From positions 152,740-216,739 of the forward strand of contig JAGOVG010000001.1 in assembly GCA_018060845.1 (NCBI GenBank): 64,000 nt of DNA, written 5' to 3'. Source of the stretch: Candidatus Woesebacteria bacterium (GTDB taxonomy: Bacteria > Patescibacteriota > Microgenomatia > UBA1400 > UBA12108). The notes beneath the pieces are model-generated. The model made no database searches, had not been told where the DNA came from, and saw nothing but the letters and a program-made list of their open reading frames with translations. The translations under genes and the position numbers were made by a program. Shown here piece after piece: positions 33,764 to 42,995 of the stretch; the stretch's first letter is position 1, and each line of letters opens with the position of its first letter.

Positions 33764-34848
33764 GTCCATTCAGGGTGTGAAACGGAATAGGTAATAGTAC
33801 GAGTAGAGACATCTTTTTCTTTTATTTCGATGTAAATTATTAAACAGATATCTTTGTATTCATTTAATAGATCATTTGCTTTGGCTGCCCACTCCATAGA
33901 GATAATATTTCCGGGTTTGAGGAGGGACGATATGTGGAGTGTCGACTCTAACTCAGCGCTTTCGGGCAGTCGCCAAGTATCCAGATGGTAGAACACTCCC
34001 TGGTATTTAGGCGTAGTGTATGGGTACTCGTGGAGGAGGGTATATGTAGGGGAGGCAACTGTCTCCTCGATACCAATAGCTTGGGCGATACCCTTGCTTA
34101 GCTGAGTTTTGCCGACTCCCAGATCACCTTGTAAGGCGAAGATGAGCGGATATTTGCGAGTAGCGTTGATATATTTTCCTGTCAGTTTTTTTCCTAATTC
34201 AATTGTCTCCTCAACACTCGTAGTAATAAGAGTGGTAGTTGGGGTATTGGGGAGAAAGATCTCACCCTGTCGCATGATCTCAGGCGCGTTGAGGGTGGTG
34301 TCGACTACCGTGCTGGTCGGGCGCTCCAAGAGAACCCCGGCGTCCAAAAAGAGATCTACCATCTCCTGTTTGGCAATGGTAGTATATTTTTGCCAATCTT
34401 TTAGAGAATAGGGTTCTTTTTTGCCACTCGTGTTAGCGCTAGTGGCAGTAATCGCGCTACCAAAAACCTTGATTAAGTCTAGGCAGTATTTATGATCAGG
34501 GATCCTGACGCCTAGGGTCTGGCTCGCTGATTCTAATCTCTGATCTACCACCTTTTTGGATTGAGAGATAACAGTGATAGGGCCAGGGAGAAACTGGGCA
34601 TAGAGATTATCGGCAATCGGATTGATTGATATGTATGTCTCTGCCATCGCTCTGTCTGAAACGGCAATGCTAATTTGGCGGTGCCTATCGCCTTTGTACT
34701 CTAGGAGTTTGGTAACAGCACTAGAGTTGGTTGCATCAACGGCGATGCCATAGCAGGTCTCGGTAGGGAAGATGACAAGGCCACCATCCCTCAATATTTT
34801 GATTGCGAGAGGTATTGAGTCGGGGTGGGATGTGGGGATTATTTGCAT
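33760..34848 (-). CDS. Fusion of TsaC/Sua5 (YrdC domain, N-terminal) and TsaE (P-loop ATPase, C-terminal)
   Basis: N-terminal ILRDGGLVIFPTETCYGIAVDATNSSAVTKLLEYKGDRHRQISIAV is a YrdC signature. C-terminal LQGDLGVGKTQLSKGIAQAIG...VASPTYTLLHEY...YHLDTWRL is a TsaE Walker A/SPT motif. Confidence 0.7.
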   Translation of the reverse strand: MQIIPTSHPDSIPLAIKILRDGGLVIFPTETCYGIAVDATNSSAVTKLLEYKGDRHRQISIAVSDRAMAETYISINPIADNLYAQFLPGPITVISQSKKVVDQRLESASQTLGVRIPDHKYCLDLIKVFGSAITATSANTSGKKEPYSLKDWQKYTTIAKQEMVDLFLDAGVLLERPTSTVVDTTLNAPEIMRQGEIFLPNTPTTTLITTSVEETIELGKKLTGKYINATRKYPLIFALQGDLGVGKTQLSKGIAQAIGIEETVASPTYTLLHEYPYTTPKYQGVFYHLDTWRLPESAELESTLHISSLLKPGNIISMEWAAKANDLLNEYKDICLIIYIEIKEKDVSTRTITYSVSHPEWT

Positions 34849-34874
34849 GAGAGTATTTTAGCAGGAGTATTTTT

Positions 34875-34930
34875 CTACTCGCTACCCGCTCTGCGATAAA
34901 TTTTTTGGTTGTGAGATACTCCTGCACCAC
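34875..34930. repeat. Intergenic repeat family C, copy 3 (3' half only)
   Basis: cgctacccgctctgcgataaattttttggttgtgagatactcctgcacc. Confidence 0.5.
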
Positions 34931-34943
34931 AGACTCGCTTTAA

Positions 34944-36173
34944 TTGCTCAGTCTGGGTTACTATATAGTCATGTGGAAGAGAGTTACAGCTTTTTTAATA
35001 ATATTATTTTTTGTGCTTTTGTCGGATGCTGTCTTATCTGATTGGGTGCCTGGATATCTTCAAAACACGTTAGGGTCACCGCTTGCGATGGGTCTGATGA
35101 TGGCATTATCGTCTGTGGTTGGGTTTGTGATGGACCTCATCTTCCCACAGCTACTGCGTAGTAGCGGGGTACGAAAACTCGCGGGTGGAGCGCTTCTTGG
35201 TGCCCTAATCTTTTTACTATCAATGCTATCTTCGACATGGTGGAGTTACTTAGCTATTTTGGCGATGGGGATGGCTGCTTGGGGGATCTATTACGAACTA
35301 GACTCTTTTATGACACAACAGTTTGTGGCAGGGGTCGCCCCAACGCATGAGAGATCCAGTGTGTGGGGAGTAGTGGGGGTGGTCCGCAACGCGGCGTATT
35401 TTTTGGGCCCGATTGTTGGGGGATATGTGGCATTTTATGGAGACCGTGCGGTAGTGCTGGGGGCGATGGGTGTACTAATACTCGCATACTTACTGTTCTT
35501 ATTTGTTCGATTGCCCAGAGAACATGAGATCAACCACCACGACAGCTCAATTAATCTTAAAGAAGAGATTAGTCACTGGTATAGACTTGGGATTAGAGTC
35601 TGGCCGATACTGCTCACTAGTTTTGTTGTCGGCTTAATTGATGCGACATTTTGGACTAGTGGGACAGTGCTCACTGATCGACTAGCGCAGGAGAGTAGTA
35701 TGGGTGGGATGTTTTTGTCTGCCTATATGTTCCCATTCCTCTTTGCTGGTCTTTTGGTTGCTAGGTGGGGAGTAGATGTGGGTAAGAAGAAGTGGGCAGC
35801 GAGGTTTTTGATGTTAGGTTCAATGTCACTCATGACTGTTGGTTTTGTCGACTCGGTATTCTTAATCCTGCTTGCGGTAGGACTCGCCGGGTTATTTATC
35901 GCGATGGCTTTCCCACTGATCGACTCGGTATATACAGACTTGGTAGCGAGAGCCCGCACAGGGCGAAAACACATTATTGGGATGTCATCTGCTACCTTTA
36001 GTCTGGCTTATGTGATAGGACCGATTATTTCTGGATTTGTGTCTGGGAGACTGGGGGAAGAGATGACATTTACGGCTGTTGGCGGACTAGTTACAATGGT
36101 CGCAATCTATTTGATGTGGGCGACTCCAAAAAAACTAAAATTACCCCAAGATGAGATACAATCATGGCAATGA
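34944..36173 (+). CDS. Multi-TM transporter-like membrane protein (MFS-like)
   Basis: About 12 hydrophobic helices, 409 aa. No strong signature motif. Confidence 0.5.
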   Translation: MLSLGYYIVMWKRVTAFLIILFFVLLSDAVLSDWVPGYLQNTLGSPLAMGLMMALSSVVGFVMDLIFPQLLRSSGVRKLAGGALLGALIFLLSMLSSTWWSYLAILAMGMAAWGIYYELDSFMTQQFVAGVAPTHERSSVWGVVGVVRNAAYFLGPIVGGYVAFYGDRAVVLGAMGVLILAYLLFLFVRLPREHEINHHDSSINLKEEISHWYRLGIRVWPILLTSFVVGLIDATFWTSGTVLTDRLAQESSMGGMFLSAYMFPFLFAGLLVARWGVDVGKKKWAARFLMLGSMSLMTVGFVDSVFLILLAVGLAGLFIAMAFPLIDSVYTDLVARARTGRKHIIGMSSATFSLAYVIGPIISGFVSGRLGEEMTFTAVGGLVTMVAIYLMWATPKKLKLPQDEIQSWQ

Positions 36174-36901
36174 TAATAAAAGCGAGACTAAGCGATAGAT
36201 ATTTTGTAAGCGATAATGAGCGATTTTTGCTCTTAAAATTTGAACTCGTTGAACCAAATGAAATAATTTTTGAAGCAGGTCAGTATGTATCCTTGAAGAT
36301 TAGTGACAAAGGGGAGAGGCGTAGCTACTCTATAGCTAGTACACCAGACAACAAACATGGCTTTAGTTTGCTCGCGGAGATAGTGCCGGAGGGCAAAGGA
36401 AGCAACTATCTAATGAGTCTCGTACCCGGTGACAGCGTGGAGATACTAGGGCCGATGGGTCGGTTTGTGGTCGCTCCTTCGTCGACTGTAGCCGGAGGCG
36501 GAGAAAAGAACAAGTTATTGTTCGTGGCTACTGGGTCTGGGATCGTGCCTATTTGGAGCATGATCAATGACTTACTGATAAACAAAAAAGTGTTGACACC
36601 CGTTAGGCTGCATTGGGGGATGAAGAAGGAAGAGGATCTATTCTGGATAGACAACTTGGAACGCCTGACTGAAGCGCATCCCAACTTTGTTTATGACGTC
36701 GTATTATCTAGAGGGAGTGATGAGTGGGAGTTATGTCGAGGACATGTACAAGAGTGTCTCACTAGAGATTTTGGAAACGGCGAACTATCAAAGTGGTCAG
36801 GATATGTTTGTGGAGCTAAGGAGATAGTGCTAGATATTTGTGCCAAGCTAGAGGAGCTCTCGATGCCAAGCGAAGTTATATATCATGAAAAGTTTACATA
36901 A
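36164..36901 (+). CDS. FNR-like oxidoreductase (FAD-binding and NAD(P)-binding domains)
   Basis: RRSYSIAS is the RxYS FAD motif. LLFVATGSGIVPIWSMI is the NAD(P) Rossmann segment. Confidence 0.65.
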   Translation: MAMIIKARLSDRYFVSDNERFLLLKFELVEPNEIIFEAGQYVSLKISDKGERRSYSIASTPDNKHGFSLLAEIVPEGKGSNYLMSLVPGDSVEILGPMGRFVVAPSSTVAGGGEKNKLLFVATGSGIVPIWSMINDLLINKKVLTPVRLHWGMKKEEDLFWIDNLERLTEAHPNFVYDVVLSRGSDEWELCRGHVQECLTRDFGNGELSKWSGYVCGAKEIVLDICAKLEELSMPSEVIYHEKFT

Positions 36902-37077
36902 TGGATAAAAAAATAATCTGTAAGAACTGTAATAATGGGTTTGTATGGAGCGTACAGGAACAGGATCTGTATAAACACAGAGAACTGCCCCCTCCAGATT
37001 ACTGTCCTATTTGTCGTGGTATTATAGAAGCTCGGAATAAAGATAATGCGAGGAGTAAATATGAACGACGAACCTAA
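36901..37077 (+). CDS. Small zinc-ribbon protein (58 aa); not in the supplied ORF track
   Basis: MDKKIICKNCNNGFVWSVQEQDLYKHRELPPPDYCPICRGIIEA..., i.e. CxxC-x26-CxxC. ATG overlaps the upstream stop (taATGg). Confidence 0.4.
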   Translation: MDKKIICKNCNNGFVWSVQEQDLYKHRELPPPDYCPICRGIIEARNKDNARSKYERRT

Positions 37078-37315
37078 AATAGTTAGGACGGTAGGTAAAT
37101 ACACAATCAAGGTAATTCAGAGTAAGTGTATTGCTGCTGCTAGTTGTGTTGCGATATCGCCTGACATATTTAAACTTAACGAAGCTAATCTGGTCGAGAT
37201 AATTGAAGGCGGAGTAGACGGCGAAGATAATATGCTACTAGCCGCACAATCTTGCCCCACTGGTGCGATAGAAATATACGAAGGGGACCTTAGGGTGTGG
37301 CCACCCACTGAGTAG
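37061..37315 (+). CDS. Mono-cluster [4Fe-4S]/[3Fe-4S] ferredoxin
   Basis: CIAAASC...CPTGAIE Cys pattern, about 84 aa. Confidence 0.65.
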   Translation: MNDEPKIVRTVGKYTIKVIQSKCIAAASCVAISPDIFKLNEANLVEIIEGGVDGEDNMLLAAQSCPTGAIEIYEGDLRVWPPTE

Positions 37316-37363
37316 AAAGTTAAAAGTATAAAGTAAAAAGAAGAAGATGAAAGGGAAAAGCAT

Positions 37364-37978
37364 ATGAACTTAAAAACGATGATGACATTTATGGGAGTGA
37401 CTATAGGGATACTCGTCGGGGTTGGGGCACTGCTCTGGCAGTTTGGTAGTGGGGCAGCTAAGCCCTTAGATGACGTAGCTGGCGATATGAGGCTCAAGCG
37501 AGGTGAGGGCAGTGTGGTAGTAGTTGAGTTTAGTGATTTTCAGTGTCCAGCGTGTGCATCAATCCACCAGCCACTCAAACAGGTGCTCGCAAAATTTGAA
37601 GGAAAAGTTACGTTTGTACATCGACATTTCCCACTCACGTCTATTCACAAAAATGCCTTGAGTTCATCGCAAGCAGCTGAGGCCGCTCACAACCAAGGGA
37701 AGTTCTTTGAGTATGGTGACGTCCTCTTTGCTAAACAAAGCGAGTGGGAAGGGTTAGCTAATCCAATAGACGCTTATGTGGCTTATGCCAAAGAGCTAGG
37801 TATGGACACTTCTAAATTTGAGTCAGACCTGAAGAGTAATGAGGTGGCCGAGCGAGTGAGCACTGATATGATTTATGCCAATAGAAACGCACTATCTGGA
37901 ACTCCTACATTTTTTGTTAACGGAGCCAAGGTAGACTTTACTAACCTGGAGACTAGGCTACTCGAACTAACCAAATGA
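37364..37978 (+). CDS. DsbA-family thiol:disulfide oxidoreductase (membrane-anchored)
   Basis: N-terminal TM, then VVVEFSDFQCPACA, a CPxC thioredoxin-fold motif. Confidence 0.7.
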   Translation: MNLKTMMTFMGVTIGILVGVGALLWQFGSGAAKPLDDVAGDMRLKRGEGSVVVVEFSDFQCPACASIHQPLKQVLAKFEGKVTFVHRHFPLTSIHKNALSSSQAAEAAHNQGKFFEYGDVLFAKQSEWEGLANPIDAYVAYAKELGMDTSKFESDLKSNEVAERVSTDMIYANRNALSGTPTFFVNGAKVDFTNLETRLLELTK

Positions 37979-38022
37979 TATCTTAGATATCAGTTAGTGT
38001 TATTTTTTATCAGCTTGCTAGG

Positions 38023-38052
38023 CTTGACACCAGATTACCACCAGGGTATAAC
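38023..38052 (+). promoter_or_regulatory. Near-consensus sigma-70-type promoter upstream of 38099
   Basis: TTGACA, 17 nt, TATAAC (cTTGACAccagattaccaccagggTATAACc). RBS GGAAGGGGG lies before the ATG at 38099. Confidence 0.45.
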
Positions 38053-38098
38053 CAGAGGTAGGTAACAATATTAATCTGGAAGGGGGTGAATCTACACA

Positions 38099-38296
38099 AT
38101 GGCACATTCATACACAAACAGTAAAGGTGACACTTATTATCTCCACGGTAAAAAAGTAACTCTTAAGAATGGTCGCACACAACAAATCTACTACTTCGCA
38201 CGCGACGTTCGTCCAGAGGCTCTCAATGAGGTTCCCGCCGGCTACCAAGTCGTCGAAACCAAAAGAACTGGCATGCCCGTTCTTAAAAAAGCCTAA
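38099..38296 (+). CDS. Small hypothetical protein (65 aa)
   Basis: ORF with good promoter and RBS context. No recognisable motif. Confidence 0.4.
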   Translation: MAHSYTNSKGDTYYLHGKKVTLKNGRTQQIYYFARDVRPEALNEVPAGYQVVETKRTGMPVLKKA

Positions 38297-38353
38297 ATGG
38301 TACAAAAAGCCAGTGGATACTCTAGCAATAGATTTCACTGGTTTTTTGATGGA

Positions 38354-39169
38354 TTAGAAGTCTTTGATTAGTTTTTGAATATTTTTTATGAATTTGTTTT
38401 TTGACTTGCGTGTTTTGTTGAAGAGGGTGCCTCCTAGCATAGGGTAGAGTTTTTTGGCTTGGATGTTGGTAAAGTCTTCGCCAAGTAGTTTAGACAACTC
38501 TAACCTAGCCATACGCCCGATGATGCCAACTAGGCCAAAACGTCTAATCCTACGGAAGGAGAAGGTGTAAGTAGGGTCACTTACTATCTGGATTTTGTAT
38601 CCATTACTCAGCATTGACTGGATAAAAGAGTCGCCTTCACCAAAATCAGATTTTTCGTTAAACCCTCCAGCAACTTTAAATGAAGTCTTGTTTACTACCA
38701 ATAGTGACTCTAGAATCCGAACAAACTTAAACGGTTTTTGTAAGTCAAAAAATGTGTTCACTGCATTTGCAATAGCGACATTTTGAGAAGTTTTTTTGTC
38801 TGGATCAAAATGAGTAGTCATCAACTCTACATGTTCTTTTTCCCATTGATATCTGATTCCTTGGAGGAAGTAGAGGGGTAGGCGGTTATCGGCATCAGAA
38901 AAGATCAGAACCTCAGCAGTCGCATGACTAGCACCAAGGTTTCTCTGTGTGCAGACATGTGCCCTGTGGGAGGTGAGGACAGTTAGCTTAGGCAGCTTGT
39001 CAACAAAACTATTGGCCATACTTATGGTTTTATCTTTTGAGCCACCATCAACCACGATGACCTCAAAGTCCCGGAAAGACTGCTCGCTCAGGTCACCAAG
39101 GAGTTTGGGTAGATATTTTTCCTCGTTAAGTGCAGGGATTATGATTGAGAAGAAAGGTGTTTTAGCCAT
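38354..39169 (-). CDS. Family 2 glycosyltransferase
   Basis: FSIIIPALNEEKYLPKLLGDLSEQSFRDFEVIVVDGGSKDKT and a DAD motif (IFSDADN). Confidence 0.8.
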   Translation of the reverse strand: MAKTPFFSIIIPALNEEKYLPKLLGDLSEQSFRDFEVIVVDGGSKDKTISMANSFVDKLPKLTVLTSHRAHVCTQRNLGASHATAEVLIFSDADNRLPLYFLQGIRYQWEKEHVELMTTHFDPDKKTSQNVAIANAVNTFFDLQKPFKFVRILESLLVVNKTSFKVAGGFNEKSDFGEGDSFIQSMLSNGYKIQIVSDPTYTFSFRRIRRFGLVGIIGRMARLELSKLLGEDFTNIQAKKLYPMLGGTLFNKTRKSKNKFIKNIQKLIKDF

Positions 39170-40221
39170 ATTTTTAGTTGATTAAATTGTGAGTCACTTA
39201 GTTTGAGTAGATTGTCGCCTACTCCTATTACTGGTGTCTGTATTGTATCCCAAAATTTGACAGTTTGAGGTGAGTCGAGACTAAACATGCGAACATCAGG
39301 ATCTAGGTTTAGTTTGGGTGGAAGGTCTGCTAGCAAAGTCTCTTTGAGCATGTTTACACGACTATAGTAGACAAGACGATTGATAATAGTAGGGACAAAT
39401 GGTGGTAAAGCAGTATCTTTGCTGACTCTAATGACATCGACCAATTCACTCGATTCTTTAAATGGTGCGCCACAAGCGATTGTTTCGACTTTTGGATATT
39501 CATCTTTGATATAGGATAGTAACCATGTCAGATGACCTGTTGGGACAATGGGTGAATCGTGATTTGGGTCAAAATATGGAGCATATAAGAAATCTAGTTT
39601 AATCAAATCTACTCCCCATTTTTCGACCGCTAGCTTAAGGTATTTTTTGGTATAGTTTTTGACTTCTGGTAGGTCAAAGTTAAGTAGATATCTCTGAGGG
39701 ATTAGAGACTCCCAGATTGGCATGGTTTTGAGACCTTGAACAGGTTTGTTTTTGTGTTTTACAAACCAGTCGGGGTGGGACTGGTAGAGGTCTGAGCCAC
39801 TATCTGCTAGAAATGGCGAGAACCATAACCCAGCTTTAAGTTTATATTCATGAATATCATCAATAGTTTGTTTTAAATCTGGGAATTTGGTCGGATCAGG
39901 GCTTAGCCAATCACCTCGTGTGGTCCAGCCGTCATCGATTAAGATGTGGGTAAATGACAACTCGTGTTTTTGGATCAATGAAAGAGTCTGTTTGATGATT
40001 GACTCATTAATCTTGGTGTCATGACCATACCATGAGCACCAATATATTATTTTTGATTTAATCGCTCTTCGAGACTTTAAATTACTATGATCTAGGACAG
40101 TTGTGTAGGGAGAGTAGTCCCAGCGAGGAAAACCGTGCCATGTAGGGTAGGGTGGGCTCCACGATTGCCAGCCTAGAGTTGGTTTTTGCATTTTATTAGT
40201 ATAATGTAGCTGTGATAACAA
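39139..40221 (-). CDS. Glycoside hydrolase, alpha-galactosidase/melibiase-like (GH27/36 clan)
   Basis: HILIDDGW resembles the LDDCW/IDDGW motif. A (beta/alpha)8-like pattern with KLDF. Confidence 0.45.
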   Translation of the reverse strand: MLSQLHYTNKMQKPTLGWQSWSPPYPTWHGFPRWDYSPYTTVLDHSNLKSRRAIKSKIIYWCSWYGHDTKINESIIKQTLSLIQKHELSFTHILIDDGWTTRGDWLSPDPTKFPDLKQTIDDIHEYKLKAGLWFSPFLADSGSDLYQSHPDWFVKHKNKPVQGLKTMPIWESLIPQRYLLNFDLPEVKNYTKKYLKLAVEKWGVDLIKLDFLYAPYFDPNHDSPIVPTGHLTWLLSYIKDEYPKVETIACGAPFKESSELVDVIRVSKDTALPPFVPTIINRLVYYSRVNMLKETLLADLPPKLNLDPDVRMFSLDSPQTVKFWDTIQTPVIGVGDNLLKLSDSQFNQLKIWLKHLSSQS

Positions 40222-40508
40222 AAGATATTGTAATGAATAAACTAAGAACTGTCATGGACCCAGAACTCCATATAAATATAGTGGACTTGGGGCTGATATA
40301 TGACGTGGTAATTAAGGGAAACGAGATTAGGGTGATTATGACACTGACTACTCCTGGATGTCCTCTAGCGCCTGTGATCGATAAACTAATCAAAAAGGCA
40401 CTCAGCGAACTAAAAGCGGATAGCGTGACTATTGAGCTCGTATGGGAGCCAGCATGGAGTGTTCGGAGGATGTCGGACGAGGGTAAGCTACAATTGGGGA
40501 TGATATAG
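40212..40508 (+). CDS. DUF59 / MIP18-family Fe-S assembly protein (SufT-like)
   Basis: VMDPELHINIVDLGLIYDV...TLTTPGCPLAPVI. Confidence 0.7.
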   Translation: MITKDIVMNKLRTVMDPELHINIVDLGLIYDVVIKGNEIRVIMTLTTPGCPLAPVIDKLIKKALSELKADSVTIELVWEPAWSVRRMSDEGKLQLGMI

Positions 40509-40510
40509 GT

Positions 40511-40575
40511 TGGACAACCAGAATACTCAGCGAATCGGAATGTCAGAATACCGGAATATCAGATACAATTATCAC
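40511..40575. repeat. CGGACAACC-family repeat, copy B
   Basis: ttggacaaccagaatactcagcgaatcggaatgtcagaataccggaatatcagatac. Confidence 0.6.
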
Positions 40576-40578
40576 ACT

Positions 40579-41094
40579 ATGCTAGTAATTGTTGGAAGTA
40601 CGAATCCAGTTAAAGTAGGAGCGGTCAGGGAAGCCTTTCAGTTATATTACCCAGATTGTGACGTGGTAGGTCAGCAGGTGTCCTCTGGTATTGCGGAACA
40701 ACCGATGAGTGAAGAGGAGACAGTGAAGGGTGCCACAAATCGAGCTATGGCAGCTAGTTTGCATGGTGATTTTGGAGTTGGGCTCGAGGGTGGGGTGACA
40801 ATGATAGATGGTGTTATGTTTGAGTGTGCGTGGTGTGTAGTAGTAGATAAAGATGGGCGAAAAGGGATAGGGGGAGGACTCTACTTTGAACTACCCAAAA
40901 AAGTGGCTGATAGGATCAAGGCAGGAGGAGAGCTCGGGCCTATTATGAATGAGCTAACTGGTGAAGATAATGTGAAAGAGAAGTCGGGTGCGATTGGGAT
41001 TTTTACTAAGGGCAAGTTAGATCGTAAAACTGCCTATGTTCAGCTCGTGACTTCGGCTCTTATTAAGTTTGTGAGCCCAGAGTGGTTTGTGTGA
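40579..41094 (+). CDS. YjjX/DUF84-family inosine/xanthosine triphosphatase
   Basis: MLVIVGSTNPVKVGAVREAF...SGIAEQP. The alternative TTG start at 40510 would read through the repeat. Confidence 0.6.
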   Translation: MLVIVGSTNPVKVGAVREAFQLYYPDCDVVGQQVSSGIAEQPMSEEETVKGATNRAMAASLHGDFGVGLEGGVTMIDGVMFECAWCVVVDKDGRKGIGGGLYFELPKKVADRIKAGGELGPIMNELTGEDNVKEKSGAIGIFTKGKLDRKTAYVQLVTSALIKFVSPEWFV

Positions 41095-41106
41095 TAGCAT
41101 AGAGAC

Positions 41107-41556
41107 ATGATTTATATAGGTGCTGACCACAGGGGATTTGAGTTAAAAGAGCAGTTAAAAGTCTGGTTAATTGAGCAAGGGTACGAGGTCGAGGATGTAG
41201 GCAATTTTTTGCTCGACCCTGAGGACGATTATATAGATCCTGCGATCAAGGTAGGGGAGATGGTACACGGTGGTGACGGGAGCGACTATGGAGTATTAAT
41301 CTGTGGTAGTGGTCACGGGGTGGATATGGTAGCAAACCGATTTTTGCGGGTTAGGGCAATAATTGGGTTTAACGACGAGGTGACTGTTCAGGGCAGAGAA
41401 CATGAAGATGCTAATGTGTTGGTGCTCCCGGTTAACTGGCTCACAACTGAGCAAGCGATAGAGCGTTTAAGATTATTTTTCTCAACTGATGCTAACAGTA
41501 ATGAACGCTACGTTCGAAGAAGGATGCGGATGGCCAATATGAGGGTCAATTTATGA
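41107..41556 (+). CDS. rpiB: Ribose-5-phosphate isomerase B (RpiB/LacAB family)
   Basis: MIYIGADHRGFELKEQLKVWL...GVLICGSGHGV. Confidence 0.8.
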   Translation: MIYIGADHRGFELKEQLKVWLIEQGYEVEDVGNFLLDPEDDYIDPAIKVGEMVHGGDGSDYGVLICGSGHGVDMVANRFLRVRAIIGFNDEVTVQGREHEDANVLVLPVNWLTTEQAIERLRLFFSTDANSNERYVRRRMRMANMRVNL

Positions 41557-42161
41557 TCACCCCGATTATAATGGAGTCTGATCTAGAGATAGTTAAGACT
41601 AAAATACTACAGCTTAAATCCAGTGGCGAGAAAAAAGTACATGTGGATATTGGTGACGGGTTATTTTCTGACTTACTATCAATCTCTCCAGCTGACTTGC
41701 AAGAATTAGATTTGACCAACCTGTCGATGGATTTACACTTGCTGGTTGATGACCCGACTGAATATATTGAGGAGTGTGTAGCGCTCTCTCCTACACGACT
41801 AATCTCACAAATAGAGCGAATGGGATCGCAGGTTAGATACCTCGAAGCAGTGCGAGAGTATGGCACAGATACACTAGGAGGGTTAGCGCTAAAAATAGAG
41901 ACTCCTATTGAAGAAATAGAGCCAGAAGCGCTAGAGCTCGCGAGTGCAATAATCTTACTAGAAATACCTCCGGGCACGAGTGGGTCACAATTTGATATGC
42001 GAGTACTGCCAAAAATAAAGGAATTGAGAAAAATTTATAGTGGTCAGATAATAGTGGACGGCGGCATTAATCCAGAGACATACAAGCTTGTCATGGAAGC
42101 TGGTGCTGACGAAGCTGGAGCTAATAGTAGTTATTGGAAAGGGCTTTTTAATAATGGCTAA
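41553..42161 (+). CDS. Ribulose-phosphate 3-epimerase-like (ribulose-phosphate binding barrel)
   Basis: HVDIGDGLFSDLLS resembles HxDxMDGxFVPN. IIVDGGINPET. Confidence 0.55.
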   Translation: MITPIIMESDLEIVKTKILQLKSSGEKKVHVDIGDGLFSDLLSISPADLQELDLTNLSMDLHLLVDDPTEYIEECVALSPTRLISQIERMGSQVRYLEAVREYGTDTLGGLALKIETPIEEIEPEALELASAIILLEIPPGTSGSQFDMRVLPKIKELRKIYSGQIIVDGGINPETYKLVMEAGADEAGANSSYWKGLFNNG

Positions 42162-42780
42162 GAAAAAACAGGTTAAATTTAAAAAGATCGCATTCTTTGG
42201 CGATGCTGCGGTTCTACCAGAACACCCAGCATACCAAGCTGCATTTCATGCAGCAAAAAAGTTGGCAAAACTTGGCTATGTTGTTGTAAATGGGGGTGGA
42301 CCTGGAGTAATGGATGCAGCAACGAGAGGAGCGGAGAGCGTAGATGGACAGACAGTGTCGGTCACATTCTATCCTGAGAACGCTACAGGGTTTGAGGGTA
42401 GATACCTCGCCAATAACACTGACCGAGAAGTTAAGACTAATAACTACATAGAGCGCATGTTTAAACTAATGGAAGAGTCTGACGTATTTTTACTATTTAA
42501 TGGTGGGACTGGGACGATATCGGAGCTCGGGACTGCGTGGGTTTTGGCCAAGTTATATTATGGTCATCATAAGCCATTTATCTTGGTTGGTTCTTTTTGG
42601 CGACCTGTCATTGGGGCAATTCACGAAAACCTGCTAATTGACGCGAAAGAAATGGATGTATTTAGGATAGTGGACGGGATAGATGATATTCTGCCTACCA
42701 TGAAAAAACTTGAAGACGCGCTAAACAAAGTAGATCATTCACACTGTCGTCACTGCGACGAGAGTGCATTTATGAGCTAA
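42157..42780 (+). CDS. LOG-family protein (TIGR00730, cytokinin riboside 5'-monophosphate phosphoribohydrolase-like)
   Basis: IAFFGDAA...VVNGGGPGVMDAATRGA and GGTGTISELGTAW. The N-terminus overlaps the upstream gene; start set at MAKKKQ. Confidence 0.7.
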   Translation, partial: AKKKQVKFKKIAFFGDAAVLPEHPAYQAAFHAAKKLAKLGYVVVNGGGPGVMDAATRGAESVDGQTVSVTFYPENATGFEGRYLANNTDREVKTNNYIERMFKLMEESDVFLLFNGGTGTISELGTAWVLAKLYYGHHKPFILVGSFWRPVIGAIHENLLIDAKEMDVFRIVDGIDDILPTMKKLEDALNKVDHSHCRHCDESAFMS

Positions 42781-42797
42781 GGTTTATTCTCGCAGTG

Positions 42798-42920
42798 GTT
42801 CGATGTACTTCACGCAAAAAAGCGGTCTGTCTCCGCATGGTTGCGGAGCGACCTCGATCTCGGACTTTCCCGTCCTGCGATAAATTTTTTGACAGTGAAA
42901 TACACCTGCACCAATATTGC
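42798..42920. repeat. Intergenic repeat family C, copy 2 (two hairpins with compensatory changes, then a T-tract)
   Basis: gttcgatgtacttcacgcaaaaaagcggtct-[CTCCGCAtggtTGCGGAG]-cgacctcgatctcg-[GGACtttcccGTCC]-tgcgataaattttttgacagtgaaatacacctgcacc. Confidence 0.65.
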
Positions 42921-42995
42921 TCGACTACTAACTCAACAAATAATTCATGTCACAAGACTTTTAATTCAACCAACGAGTCATGTTAGACTGAATGT

